Shown: positions 1 to 9,428, numbered from the stretch's first letter. The stretch is DNA of 46,241 nt from Fimbriimonadia bacterium (GCA_041483895.1 JBGPGO010000024.1:1-46241), one strand, 5' to 3'. Made by a program: numbers and translations. The notes: a model not told the origin generated them from the sequence alone.

Positions 1-139
1 CCGCAACGGACGGATTGTACGACATCTGGTTTTGCGCCAAACGGATCGGTCAGATTAATCTTAGAACGGACAAAAACCAGGACAATCATGTGTAAACCAT
101 GTCTCCGAACACCAGTAAACTATCTCCCCGGTCTAAACA
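1..139 (+). mobile_element. Right end of an IS481-family insertion sequence
   Basis: 91-139 tgtaaaccatgtctccgaacaccagtaaactatctccccggtctaaaca: doubled GTAAAC-Y-AT-S-TC-Y-CCG transposase-binding motifs ending in ACA-3', as in IS481-family ends. Confidence 0.78.
3..95 (+). CDS. C-terminal fragment of an IS481-family transposase (partial at window start)
   Basis: Frame 3 reads ATDGLYDIWFCAKRIGQINLRTDKNQDNHV*, resembling IS481 transposase C-termini (DG.Y.V.F....IG.I.L), and runs into an IS481-type terminal repeat. Confidence 0.75.
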   Translation, partial: ATDGLYDIWFCAKRIGQINLRTDKNQDNHV

Positions 140-166
140 GCTTGCGGGGGAGGGTTGGGGTGGGGG
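140..166. repeat. Truncated REP-like palindrome (CCCTCCCCCGCTTGCGGGGGAGGG-TGGGGTGGGG family)
   Basis: gcttgcgggggagggttggggtggggg matches the right part of the intact copy at 35378-35415. Confidence 0.8.
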
Positions 167-171
167 TCCGG

Positions 172-912
172 TCACTTCCCAATCGGCACGGCCTTCCGAA
201 CCAGAGGGTGCTTGGCGATCGCAATGGCGTCGACCTCGGTCGATGAAGGGCCGAGGAAGCTGCCGGTGTTCAGCGCGTGGGTGATCCGCACGAAGTTGAC
301 GGCCGCGAGATGGACGGGTTGACCACTCATTTCATCCACCGCCCAGTCCAGGTCGATTGCGTCGCCGCCCGCGGAGCCGGGTGCGATGCCGGGCGTGTCC
401 GGGTCGGTCGGGATGAGCGGGTTGCCGGTGTTGTCGGTCGGCGAACAGTCCGCGTAGCCGCGCGTCAGACCTGGGTAGATCCCCCAGTAGGAGGACGGCA
501 ATGGGAAGGGCGGCGCGGGGTTGCCCAGGATCAAATACCACCTGTCGCCGGGACTTGGAACACCGTTGCCGTCAACATCCACACCGACCTCCACATAGCC
601 GGGTTCCCGCCAGATCGAATCCGGATCGCCGCCGACGTAAAAGGCGTTGCCGAAGATGATCAGATCGGGACCGGCGCCGTTCAGTACCGGCCTATCGAAG
701 CCGACGGTCACATATCCGCCCCAGCCGAAGGAGAACACCCCGCTATTGTCCGGCACGGTCGGCGTCGCGTTCGCGCCCGGGTAGCCAAGGACGTTGAGAG
801 GGTTCGCATATCCCGGCACGCCATTGATTGCGTTGTAGTCGAAGAGCTTCGTTGCGAAATCCGCCGGGCCGAAGATGCCTTGATACAGGATTGCGGCGAT
901 GAGCAGGTTCAT
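172..912 (-). CDS. BtuH-like (putative cobalamin-binding) cell-surface protein
   Basis: True start MNLLIAA at 912, an ATGA overlap with the upstream stop. The motif SFGWGGYVTVGFDRPVLN..DLIIFGNAF..WREPGYVEVGVDVDGNG..WY..DAIDLDWAVD..VNFVRI resembles the B12-binding surface domain in Bacteroides btu loci. Lies downstream of a cobalamin riboswitch. Confidence 0.65.
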   Translation of the reverse strand: MNLLIAAILYQGIFGPADFATKLFDYNAINGVPGYANPLNVLGYPGANATPTVPDNSGVFSFGWGGYVTVGFDRPVLNGAGPDLIIFGNAFYVGGDPDSIWREPGYVEVGVDVDGNGVPSPGDRWYLILGNPAPPFPLPSSYWGIYPGLTRGYADCSPTDNTGNPLIPTDPDTPGIAPGSAGGDAIDLDWAVDEMSGQPVHLAAVNFVRITHALNTGSFLGPSSTEVDAIAIAKHPLVRKAVPIGK

Positions 913-1862
913 TTTCGCCTCCTCGCCAAGAGAAGCGCGAGGCCGAAGGCGGTGAGGAACATTGGCTCCGGGACGGGTTGGATGGCGAATATCCCGCCGA
1001 CATTGGTGAATGCGCCGTTCACCACCAGCATCCCATCGCCGTCGCCAGGTTCGAACCGGTTGCCGTGATAGGCGAGGAAGGTGGGGAAGGGGAAGAAGCC
1101 GTCGAAGAAGCCAAAGTTGGACCCGTTCATCGTCAGCGTCGCGCCGGTCGTCGCGAACAGATCGCCCTCCGAGTCGAGCGCCAAGTCGACAAGGCCCGAA
1201 CCTCCGCCACCGGATAGGGATGATGTGCCGGCCGGACTGCCCGCGCTGTCCAACGAAAGCACCTGCCCGGGATTGCCGAGGAAGAACGGATCGTTGCTGT
1301 CGGCGACAAGCAGATGCCCGCCGCCAAACTCCAGCCCGCCGAGATAGCCGTTGCCGAGGCCGCCAGCGAAAAGCGTCGCCGCGCCGCCGGTGACGCGATA
1401 CACCGCGCCGGCGCCGGGATTGTTGGAGGCGGTGGCGAACAGGTCGCCGGAGAAGCCGACTCGCAGCCCGGCGATGTTCGGGATGGACCCAATGGGGGCG
1501 AGGCGCGAGGCGGTTGACAGAGTGGCGGAATAGGCGGTGTCCATGTCGCCGCTTTCGCCAATGGCCAGGGTGTCGTCGTCCAGCCACGTAAGGGCGCTGA
1601 TGAATTTCCACGTGTCGCCAATTGGGGAGTTGATGGTTCCGAGCAGGGTGCGGCCCAAGGGGACGCGGTCGTAGATTTGGATGGTTGCGCCGCCGCCGGG
1701 GCTATCCTGGGCGACGGCAAACTTTCCCGTTTGGGAGATGGCGATGGCGGACCCGGTGATGCCGAGATCGGTGGCCTCATAGCCCGCGATAGGGGTGAAT
1801 CCGACGAGGGCCCGCGAGCTCGCGCAAGCCAGGGCGGCGATGATTGCCGCGGTTGCTCTCAC
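909..1862 (-). CDS. PEP-CTERM sorting domain protein (beta-propeller-like)
   Basis: Signal peptide; C-terminus VPEPMFLTAFGLALLLARRRK (PEP + TM + basic tail); AGGAG SD upstream of GTG. Confidence 0.88.
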   Translation of the reverse strand: MRATAAIIAALACASSRALVGFTPIAGYEATDLGITGSAIAISQTGKFAVAQDSPGGGATIQIYDRVPLGRTLLGTINSPIGDTWKFISALTWLDDDTLAIGESGDMDTAYSATLSTASRLAPIGSIPNIAGLRVGFSGDLFATASNNPGAGAVYRVTGGAATLFAGGLGNGYLGGLEFGGGHLLVADSNDPFFLGNPGQVLSLDSAGSPAGTSSLSGGGGSGLVDLALDSEGDLFATTGATLTMNGSNFGFFDGFFPFPTFLAYHGNRFEPGDGDGMLVVNGAFTNVGGIFAIQPVPEPMFLTAFGLALLLARRRK

Positions 1863-1971
1863 TTTCTGCGCTCCTTTTCGGCCTCTTGCCGGTCCGTGCC
1901 GGGGTCTCGGTTGCTGCCTGATGGTACGGGGTCGTTAGGAGTGAACCCCGGCACATCACGCGTTACCTTCT

Positions 1972-2120
1972 CCCTTCACAATCCCAATTGTGAAGGGGCG
2001 TGCGGCAGGCAGAAAAATGCCCCGACTCCTTCGAGTAGGGGATGACGATTTTCTCCCTTCACAATCCCTATTGTGAAGGGTCAGAAATTGTCAGTCCCCG
2101 GCTACTTCGAGCTCGGGGAC
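1972..2120. repeat. Mosaic of two alternating REP-like hairpins (A-B-A-B)
   Basis: A = cccttcacaatcccwattgtgaaggg (1972-1997, 2055-2080). B = ccccgactccttcgagtagggg (~2020-2041) and gtccccggctacttcgagctcggggac (~2094-2120). Confidence 0.8.
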
Positions 2121-2167
2121 GGAAATTGGTTCACCCTCTTAGGCTCGAAGAGGTTTGCGAAACCGGC

Positions 2168-2256
2168 TGCGTGGTTGGCGATCGGGCTTACGCGCTTTAG
2201 CGATTACCGTAGCGGCTCTGCGCCGGACTTTCACCGGACTTCCCCAGGGCCACGCA
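2168..2256 (-). promoter_or_regulatory. Cobalamin (B12) riboswitch, compact variant
   Basis: Minus strand reads tgcgtgg-ccctGGGGAAGTCCGGTGAAAGTCCGGCGCAGAGCCGCTACGGT-aatcgctaaagcgcgt-AAGCCCGATCGCC-aa-ccacgca, with the core GGGAA/GGTGAAA.TCC/GC.ACGGT motifs, a B12-box-like element and the closing stem tgcgtgg/ccacgca. Confidence 0.85.
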
Positions 2257-2334
2257 TCTGGGCCTTATGTTGTTGTTGCGATGATCATAGCACAGATCAG
2301 TGTCAGGGTCTATGAAGTCGGCGGAGATATGATT

Positions 2335-3516
2335 TCAGCCGGCGAGGACCCTGACACATCTGGGAAGGCGGCGGATTGCGAGGATAAGGAAACCAGGGAT
2401 GGCGCAAACCGACGGTTCAGAGACGGGCGTAGAGAGGTAGATGGACCAGTCGCTGAGGTCAGACCGATTCGCGTAGCCCCAAAGAATCTGGCCGCGATTG
2501 TTCATATCGTAGATGTCCAACCGGCCGCCGGTAACCCCGAAGGACTGGCCGAATAGCTCTTGGGTGAGACTGTATCCGTCTGCATAGATGTTGTACTTGT
2601 TGAAGATCGGTCCCATCGCACCCATAAACGCAACGATGCCTGGATCGTTGATGTGGCCGTCCGCTACGGTCGTCTTCTCGCCGAGGACACCAACAGACAC
2701 GTTCGTCTGGTCGACATACATGTAGTTATATCCCGTTGTATCAGAGCCTAGCCAAATGACGTGCCCCATAGCGTTCATGTCCTGAACTTGCCCGAAGTTT
2801 ATGAGCCGATCCACGCCGACGGTCAGATCCACTCCGTTCTTATATGCCTTAGGGATACCGTTGGTGCCGTAGTTGTCGGCGCACCATGTGCCGTTGTCCG
2901 CGATCCGGCCGTTTCTGATGGTGCCGAAGCCGACGGAACCGTAGAGTTTCGTGCTGTCAAGAAATAAGCTCGCCCCTTGACCGCTCGTATCCGAACCAAA
3001 CCAAAGAACTTGGCCCGCTGAATCCATATCCATCGTCTCGCCGCCAAAATAGAACGTGGCTGGGCCATCGATCAGTGTGCCGTCGCGCAAAACGTAGAAA
3101 CTGTTCTTGTGCCAAGCGACCTGACCGGCGTTGTTGATGCGGATGGCATCATCGTTTCCAAACTCGGGGTGGAACAGCGAGCTGATCTGGAACTGGTTCT
3201 TGTAGACCGTATTGAGGCCTCCACGTAGGTTCGGGCCCCCGGCCACATAGATAACATCCTTGTTGTCGTTGAACCCATGCAGGATTCCTCCGAGAATGTT
3301 GGGATCGTTGAAGGTGAATCGAACGCCATTCACGTAGAAGTCGTCGTACCCTCCCGGTAGCCGACCTCCCATCGCCCAGTCTCCTTTTTCATTCAGATAC
3401 CCTCCACCGGCGGTGTCGGCGAAACCCGACAGAAGGAGTTGATGGGTATAGCGGGGATCGGCGCTGGCTGACCTGGCCAGAGGAATGATCAGCAGCAAAA
3501 AAAGTAATCGGTTCAT
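2335..3516 (-). CDS. Secreted repeat protein with variant PEP-CTERM tail (VSEPS)
   Basis: Likely start MNRLLFLLLII (signal peptide) at 3516; repeated (I/M)N..G.V.W units; ends PVSEPSVCAIPGFLILAIRR. Confidence 0.75.
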   Translation of the reverse strand: MNRLLFLLLIIPLARSASADPRYTHQLLLSGFADTAGGGYLNEKGDWAMGGRLPGGYDDFYVNGVRFTFNDPNILGGILHGFNDNKDVIYVAGGPNLRGGLNTVYKNQFQISSLFHPEFGNDDAIRINNAGQVAWHKNSFYVLRDGTLIDGPATFYFGGETMDMDSAGQVLWFGSDTSGQGASLFLDSTKLYGSVGFGTIRNGRIADNGTWCADNYGTNGIPKAYKNGVDLTVGVDRLINFGQVQDMNAMGHVIWLGSDTTGYNYMYVDQTNVSVGVLGEKTTVADGHINDPGIVAFMGAMGPIFNKYNIYADGYSLTQELFGQSFGVTGGRLDIYDMNNRGQILWGYANRSDLSDWSIYLSTPVSEPSVCAIPGFLILAIRRLPRCVRVLAG

Positions 3517-3604
3517 TTTCGAGCACCTTCCAGTCAAAAACAACGCAAAATCCATGGGGCCGGGCGGAAGACCCGACCCCATCATTATACAGCGAGTTTG
3601 AGCG

Positions 3605-4978
3605 CTATCTCCGCTTTGCCTCGCCCGCCCCGGACTTTCCGCCGTCAGGTCGGCCGCTGGTCTTATAGACAGCCGCCGAGTTGCCCGTGCCGACGAACAG
3701 CAATCCATCATCGCTCATCGACAGGTTGGTCGTGATCGAGCTTCCGGCAAAGAACGGATAGTTCGTGCGGACGTTGAGGCTCGAATCCAACGAATAGACG
3801 AGACCCTGCTCGTTGCCAACATAGAGATCGCCGTTCTTGTCAATCAACGGGCTCGAACGGATGCGCCCCAAGTCGGACCGAGAGGATAGTATCTGGAACG
3901 TGGCGGCGTCGATCTTGTATAGCGTGCTTCCGGTCGTTTGAAAGCCGACGGCATAGATGACGTTGATGTCTTTGTCATACGCAAGGCCGACAACCGACCC
4001 CATCATCGTCAGCTTCTTCACCTGCGTGCCGTTGCCACTTTTCGGGACTCGGTACAGTTGATGCGATTTTCCGTTCATCGTATAACTGGTTCCGACGATA
4101 AAGTCGCCTTGGCTTGTCGCCAAAGCGGGTCCATCAAAACCGGCCGGAAACGCAAGGGTCCAAGCGATAGACTTGTCGGATTTCTTTAGCGCGACAACAG
4201 TACCGAAATGATCGGCGACGAAGATGTTTTGTGAGGTTATCGTTGCGGGCGCCGTGTTGAAGAGTGTCGTTCCTGTTGAAGCATAGCTTCCGTCTGTGAC
4301 GCTGACCAGCGCCGTGTCATGGGGATCCCCATCTAGGCCCGGTCAGGTTTCATCGAACAACACTTCGTAATAGCGCCCGTCGATTGTGAAGAACCCTGCG
4401 CCAGTCACCGGCAGGAATGTATCTCCGACCTGGATTCTCTCCTCCAGGGTCGCGGGAGCGATCGATCTCCAACCGCCGATGGCCATAGTGAACAGTCCTT
4501 TTAGCGGGACGAGCGGGGGCCGCAGTTCCTGGTACAGGTAGGCAACGCCATATCCGGCCCACAGGTGTGCCAGAGCGCCGGCGCTCACAGAACAGGTTCC
4601 GCCGTTGACGTTGGGATCGCATATGTTGCCGTCGGCATCGTGAACGATGACGTCGAAAAACGCATGGGTTACGCTCGATGCGTTGCCCGGTGAAGTGTCG
4701 ATGACCAATTTGACAGCGCCCGTTTGGGGGTCGAAGGTCCGAAGGAGCGGTCCCTGCGGAGCCCAGAATTTGGTGCCGTCAAACGTTGCGGGTTCCGTCG
4801 CTCCAATCCCAGTCCATTTTATAACGAGGACGGGATTCGATGGGCCGACCACAGTGGTTTTGTTTGTGTTCGCCGCATCAACGCCATATTTTGATACCGC
4901 GCCGGGCATCGTCTGCGCGACGCCCGAAAGACAGACGGCGAACACGGCAAGGGGAACGAGACACAGATGCCTAGCCAT
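3605..4978 (-). pseudogene. Secreted PQQ/BamB-like beta-propeller gene interrupted by one in-frame TGA (4343-4345); pseudogene or readthrough
   Basis: ORFs 4343..4978 and 3605..4123 share a frame, and the 73 codons between them are open: YEVLFDET*PGLDGDPHDTALVSV...IFVADHFGTVVALKKSDKSIAW...GPALATSQGDF. Propeller motifs include SSPLIDKNGDLYVG and GLLFVGT. Confidence 0.72.
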
Positions 4979-5109
4979 TTCGTTATTTCCCTCCGATTAG
5001 TGAGCGGGCAGACGGGACCCAGAACGGGGCTCCGTCTGCCCACCCGTAGACAGCTATAAGAGAAGACTATCGAAATCGGTGGATCTATTTTCCTCTGGGG
5101 GGACTTTTT

Positions 5110-6582
5110 CTAAATTTTCGAATACCTGTGTTTTATACCAGGTTGGAAGTATTCCGGGTCGCCTGCTTCCCGGAACTCGATGACGGGCGTTCGATACTCG
5201 GCAGGTACATAGTTGGCGAATTCGCTGTTCAGCCGCTCCAGATGAGCTTGGACGGATGCCGCGACCACTTGCTCGCTGCCCTGCTTGCCCGGCGCCAACT
5301 CCACTATAATCGAAAGATGGGGATTCATGTCCTCGTCCTCTCTCACCTGCATCACGAACTTGCCGGTCACAAATACCGCGACTTCCGGCTGCTCCAGACC
5401 GACAGAGATGTTTTCCGGATAGACGTTCGCGCCGAAGAACGAGACCGCGAAATTGGCGCGGCCGAAGACGTAGACGAACGGCATATTTCGGATGGGGTAC
5501 TCGTCGGGAATTTCCTTCTTCGGGTTGAAGCCGATGTCCTTGAGGAATGCCAACATATCGTCATAGGCGATCACCCCACCGCGATCCATGATGTTGTACC
5601 GAATGATCGGCACGCTGCTGTCCGCGGTGATCAGAATCTGTCCGTCCACGGCCTCGATATACCGACTGAGCGGATCGAACTGGACCAGGGTTGGGAGCCG
5701 CGCCTTGCCAAACAGCAGCTGGGCCGCTTCGGGTTCTTGCGAAAGAAATCGGCGAATAGCAATGCTGAGCGGGGTCTCGTTTCCCAGCACGCCGGCATCG
5801 GCGGTGCCATAGAGCGAAGCGGTATCGAAGACGGACGATCTAACGCGTTCGCAGACCAGCGTCCGCCACTCCTCACTGAACACCTCGCCTGCCATTACCA
5901 GCTTCATTTTGAGCGGTTTCCAATCGAAGCCGTCAGCGATTCCTGTATCTACGACATCCTTGAGGAAGGGGGGATATCCGAGCAGCACCGTCTGATCGAA
6001 ATTGTCCGATAGTCCTCTCAGCGCGCGGAAGATTTCTGTTTTATTGTTGCCCGGCGTAACGGTGGTGATTGGATAGCCCTTGGACGCGAGGAGCCGGCAG
6101 CAGGATGCCGTGTACATGCCCCCGACCCAGGCGCCAAGCGCGAAGCATACCACCGCCAACGTAGGCGTTCTCCAGGCTGCGAAGCCATCTCCGAAAACCT
6201 GCTCGAACCGGTACGCCACATCCATTTCGTGACCCAAATTGCGCGGCCAGAATGTCGGTTCGCCGGTGGACCCGGAGGACACCGCCACCATGTCCCAATT
6301 GTCAAGACCGTTCCTTCCGCTTCGATCCGTCAACGAGTAGCGCTGATGGAAGTTCTCCTTCGTCATGATGGGAATCTTGTGGATGTCATCAGGCGAATCG
6401 ATGTCGGTCTTTTTGACTCCCTGTGCTTTGACCCATGCGCGATAAGTCGGATTGCCGTCGAAGGTGTTAAGGAAGCGAACGCGTATGTTGGCAGCCACGT
6501 GCATCTTGTGATGGCGCGAAAGCTCGTCGTCAAGCATTGTCTTCGCAAATGCCTTCAGTTCGCGCGGCACCCATTCTGGCAT
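5110..6582 (-). CDS. Phenylacetate-CoA ligase family protein
   Basis: SSGSTGEP P-loop, GYPPFL, AGE, YGTADAG and PIIRYNIMD motifs; probable start MPEWVP at 6582. Confidence 0.85.
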   Translation of the reverse strand: MPEWVPRELKAFAKTMLDDELSRHHKMHVAANIRVRFLNTFDGNPTYRAWVKAQGVKKTDIDSPDDIHKIPIMTKENFHQRYSLTDRSGRNGLDNWDMVAVSSGSTGEPTFWPRNLGHEMDVAYRFEQVFGDGFAAWRTPTLAVVCFALGAWVGGMYTASCCRLLASKGYPITTVTPGNNKTEIFRALRGLSDNFDQTVLLGYPPFLKDVVDTGIADGFDWKPLKMKLVMAGEVFSEEWRTLVCERVRSSVFDTASLYGTADAGVLGNETPLSIAIRRFLSQEPEAAQLLFGKARLPTLVQFDPLSRYIEAVDGQILITADSSVPIIRYNIMDRGGVIAYDDMLAFLKDIGFNPKKEIPDEYPIRNMPFVYVFGRANFAVSFFGANVYPENISVGLEQPEVAVFVTGKFVMQVREDEDMNPHLSIIVELAPGKQGSEQVVAASVQAHLERLNSEFANYVPAEYRTPVIEFREAGDPEYFQPGIKHRYSKI

Positions 6583-6734
6583 TACTTGGGCTCTTCGAAA
6601 TAGGTGAGGATTCTTGTTGCGGATTTCACGGGATGAAGCTTTTCGCCGCCCACTGCGACACTTCCTGCCGTGAACTGAACGACGATCCGGAACGGGCAAT
6701 CACCTTTGTATCGCGGTACCAGTCCGCTGCTTCC

Positions 6735-7463
6735 TCAGGTCACTTGAATTGGTCCGCCTCGAGCGGAAAAGGTCCGGCGGATCGCTGCGCCAAACAGAAT
6801 CAACATCGCCGCAAACTCGGACGGCTCCGGGACCACCGTGCCTTCCAGTTCGAAGGCCCATTCTTGGTCCTTCACCCCGTTGAACTCGTCCATCCTATAC
6901 CAGCGGTCGCCGATTGTCCCGTCCGTGTACAGCGCGAAGTTCCACAACGCCCGCGTGTCGGCGTTGGCCCACCTGGTTGTGAGGATCGCGTGCTTGCCGC
7001 CGGATTGCGCGAAGCTCTGGAACGACCGGAACGCGAGAAAATAGCGGCCCGGATCCAGAGTGACTTCGCCGAAAAGCAGAGTGTTGCGAAAAACCGTTCC
7101 GAAGTTCTGATTGATGAGCCCGCTGTCATCGTGCTGCATCTTCAGCCCGGCCCCGAATGCCAGCAGCTTGTCCGGTTCCTTATCCCCGGCGTACAGATAC
7201 CAATCGCCGCCCAGAATGACCGGCCCGTTGACCTCCACGCTGTAGAAACGGAGCTGCGTGAGCTTGGTCGTCTGCTCTAGGAAAAAGTCGTCCGCGGCGC
7301 ATCGGTAGGAAGTAAAGTTTGGATCGTTCTCGCGCGAGGCGGTCCAAGCGTCGGTGGTTGTCACGATGTCTTTCGGATAGTTCTGGATGTTGTTCCAGAT
7401 GACGTCATCGGAGTAGGCCGCGATGCACCAGCCGATCGCGGCGAGGGTCAGCAGCGTACGCAA
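6735..7463 (-). CDS. PEP-CTERM sorting domain protein
   Basis: Signal peptide; AADDF motif; FELEGTVVPEPSEFAAMLILFGAAIRR tail. Confidence 0.85.
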   Translation of the reverse strand: MRTLLTLAAIGWCIAAYSDDVIWNNIQNYPKDIVTTTDAWTASRENDPNFTSYRCAADDFFLEQTTKLTQLRFYSVEVNGPVILGGDWYLYAGDKEPDKLLAFGAGLKMQHDDSGLINQNFGTVFRNTLLFGEVTLDPGRYFLAFRSFQSFAQSGGKHAILTTRWANADTRALWNFALYTDGTIGDRWYRMDEFNGVKDQEWAFELEGTVVPEPSEFAAMLILFGAAIRRTFSARGGPIQVT

Positions 7464-7554
7464 AACAAATCACCATCCAATCAGATTTGTCCTCATGCCG
7501 CCATGCGCACGAGGCTCACAGGCATTTTAACATGGATTTTCTGTATTAATTCCG

Positions 7555-7583
7555 AACGGGGCGCACAAATCGTGCGCCCCGTT
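7555..7583. repeat. Perfect 12-bp intergenic hairpin (REP- or terminator-like)
   Basis: aacggggcgcac-aaatc-gtgcgccccgtt. Confidence 0.6.
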
Positions 7584-7718
7584 GCCTGGGCAGATCCGCC
7601 GGGTTGCCGCCGGTCAGGCAGTGCTGGGTAGGCCCGCCTGGCAGTCCCGGTCCGTGGAAAGACATGGTCCCGGTGAATAGGAGAGGGGAGGTTGGCGGCA
7701 AAATACGCCTTTGGGGAG

Positions 7719-7752
7719 AAAAAAAGACGATGGCCCCGGTTTTGCCGGGGCC
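7719..7752 (-). terminator. Rho-independent terminator after flagellin 1
   Basis: Minus strand ggccccgg-caaaa-ccggggcc followed by atcgtc-ttttttt. Confidence 0.75.
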
Positions 7753-7777
7753 GATCCATGTTCCCGAACGATGAAAG

Positions 7778-9232
7778 CTACTGCAGCAGCTTCAGAACCG
7801 CCTGCGGCTGTTGGTTGGCCTGGGCAAGCACGGAAAGTCCGGACTGAGTCAGGATTTGAAGCCTCGTATATTGGGTGATTTCACTGGCCATGTCGGCGTC
7901 CCGGATCGTCGATTCGGTCGCCGAGAGGTTTTCTTTGGCGCTTCCAAGCGTCCGGACATTGCTTTCCAGAATGTCGCTTTGGAAGCTGCCGAGCCGTCCT
8001 CGAAGACTGCTGATCTGCTCGATCGCCTGGTCGATAATCTGCATCGCATCCTGTGCGCCTTGAGCGGAGGTTAGGTCGATATCGGCAAAGCTCCTTCCCG
8101 TGACGACTCCCGTGCCGAGGTATTGCGCATGCGTGTCGCCCAAAGACAGCTGCAATTGCTCTCCCACATTCGCCCCGACCTGGAATGTGACGGAGCCGGC
8201 TGCCAGCGCGCCAATCAGCTCGCCCAAGGCCGACAGCCCCGAGTTGCCCGCCTCGGTTAGGGTTACTACGTTGTTGCCGCTGTCCGTCAGCCGCAGGCCG
8301 GAATCGAGGGTGCCGCGTCCGCCGGTGAAAGTGACTGTCTGAGGGCCGTTCGCGGTCATGAGCGTCACGTCGGCGACGGCGTCGGTGCCCGCTACGGCCG
8401 TAACGGTGGAAGAATTCGCAAGCAGGCTGCCGGTGTCGTACAGATTGACCTGGTAGTGCGAGCCGAAGGTGGCCTGAGTAAACTGGACGACGGTCGAGCC
8501 ATCTGCAGTATAGGGCTGGGCAAGGACACCGGTTTGGGCGGAGAGAGTGTTGATCTTGTTGACGAGGGTTTGAACCGAGTCCGTGCCGTCCGTCGTCACC
8601 GTGTAGCCATTCAAGACCAGGGTGCCGGCAGAAACCACGCTGGCTGTCGTCGCAAAGGTTCGGTCCAAAGTTACCGTACCGCGGCTTGCACTTGCGACCA
8701 GCGCGTCGCTGATGGAACCACTCGCGACGTTAAAGCCGGCGAAGCTGCTGCCAATGAAAATGCTCGAAATATCGGAGGTATTGACCACGTTCGCAATGAC
8801 ACCCGCGGTGCCGTCGAACAGCTTCTTTCCGGAAAATGCGGAGGTGTCCGCGATGCGGTTGAGGCTCTGGATGGTCGAGACGATTTGCTGCTGGTCCGCA
8901 CGGAGCTGGGCATCGTCCACGACGCCGGTGTTGGCCGCGTGGACGGCCAGGTTCCGAGAGTTTCTCAGAAGGCTGGCCACCTCGTTCAGCGCCGCTTCCG
9001 CCGTCTTGGACATATTGATGCCGTCCTGCGAGTTGCGGATGGCTTGATCGAGACCTAGTATTTGTGCCTGCAAATTCTCAGAGATAATCATGCCCGCGGG
9101 GTCGTCCGCCCCGTGGTTAATCCGCAAGCCGGTTGAAAGGCGTTCGATGGACCGGCCGATCTGTTCGTCTGTGACGCCCAGGTTTCGCAGCGCGTTCATG
9201 GCCCCAATGTTCGTATTTATTCGTAGGCTCAC
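7778..9232 (-). CDS. fliC: Flagellin (paralog 1)
   Basis: GTG start (SLRINTNIGAMNA) with GGGGGA SD; RLSTGLRINHGADDPAG; C-terminal ESTIRDADMASEI...LAQANQQPQAVLKLLQ. Confidence 0.95.
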   Translation of the reverse strand: MSLRINTNIGAMNALRNLGVTDEQIGRSIERLSTGLRINHGADDPAGMIISENLQAQILGLDQAIRNSQDGINMSKTAEAALNEVASLLRNSRNLAVHAANTGVVDDAQLRADQQQIVSTIQSLNRIADTSAFSGKKLFDGTAGVIANVVNTSDISSIFIGSSFAGFNVASGSISDALVASASRGTVTLDRTFATTASVVSAGTLVLNGYTVTTDGTDSVQTLVNKINTLSAQTGVLAQPYTADGSTVVQFTQATFGSHYQVNLYDTGSLLANSSTVTAVAGTDAVADVTLMTANGPQTVTFTGGRGTLDSGLRLTDSGNNVVTLTEAGNSGLSALGELIGALAAGSVTFQVGANVGEQLQLSLGDTHAQYLGTGVVTGRSFADIDLTSAQGAQDAMQIIDQAIEQISSLRGRLGSFQSDILESNVRTLGSAKENLSATESTIRDADMASEITQYTRLQILTQSGLSVLAQANQQPQAVLKLLQ

Positions 9233-9428
9233 AAACTTTCCCCCGTTCTCAGAATCGCTCTTCGACGGACGCGTAAGCAACCGCCTGAAGGGATTATTGG
9301 CGGGATAATTACGGGAAATCCGGTACGCCATTCGTAACCTAGTAGTAGTGCTTGGCGGATTCTATGAAAGTAGGGAAGGGTGGTCCCCCCGCCGGCGGAT
9401 CAAAGGCGGGGGAACACGTCGCGGCCGC

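Noticed and set aside
913..1611. Arg-rich N-terminal half of the 479-aa ORF 172..1611
   Set aside because: It is an alternative frame of the PEP-CTERM gene; the real start is ATG 912.
7580..7690. ZTP, SAM or SRP RNA (contains gcctgggc and cggcaacc)
   Set aside because: The other required conserved motifs are absent and the gene context does not fit.
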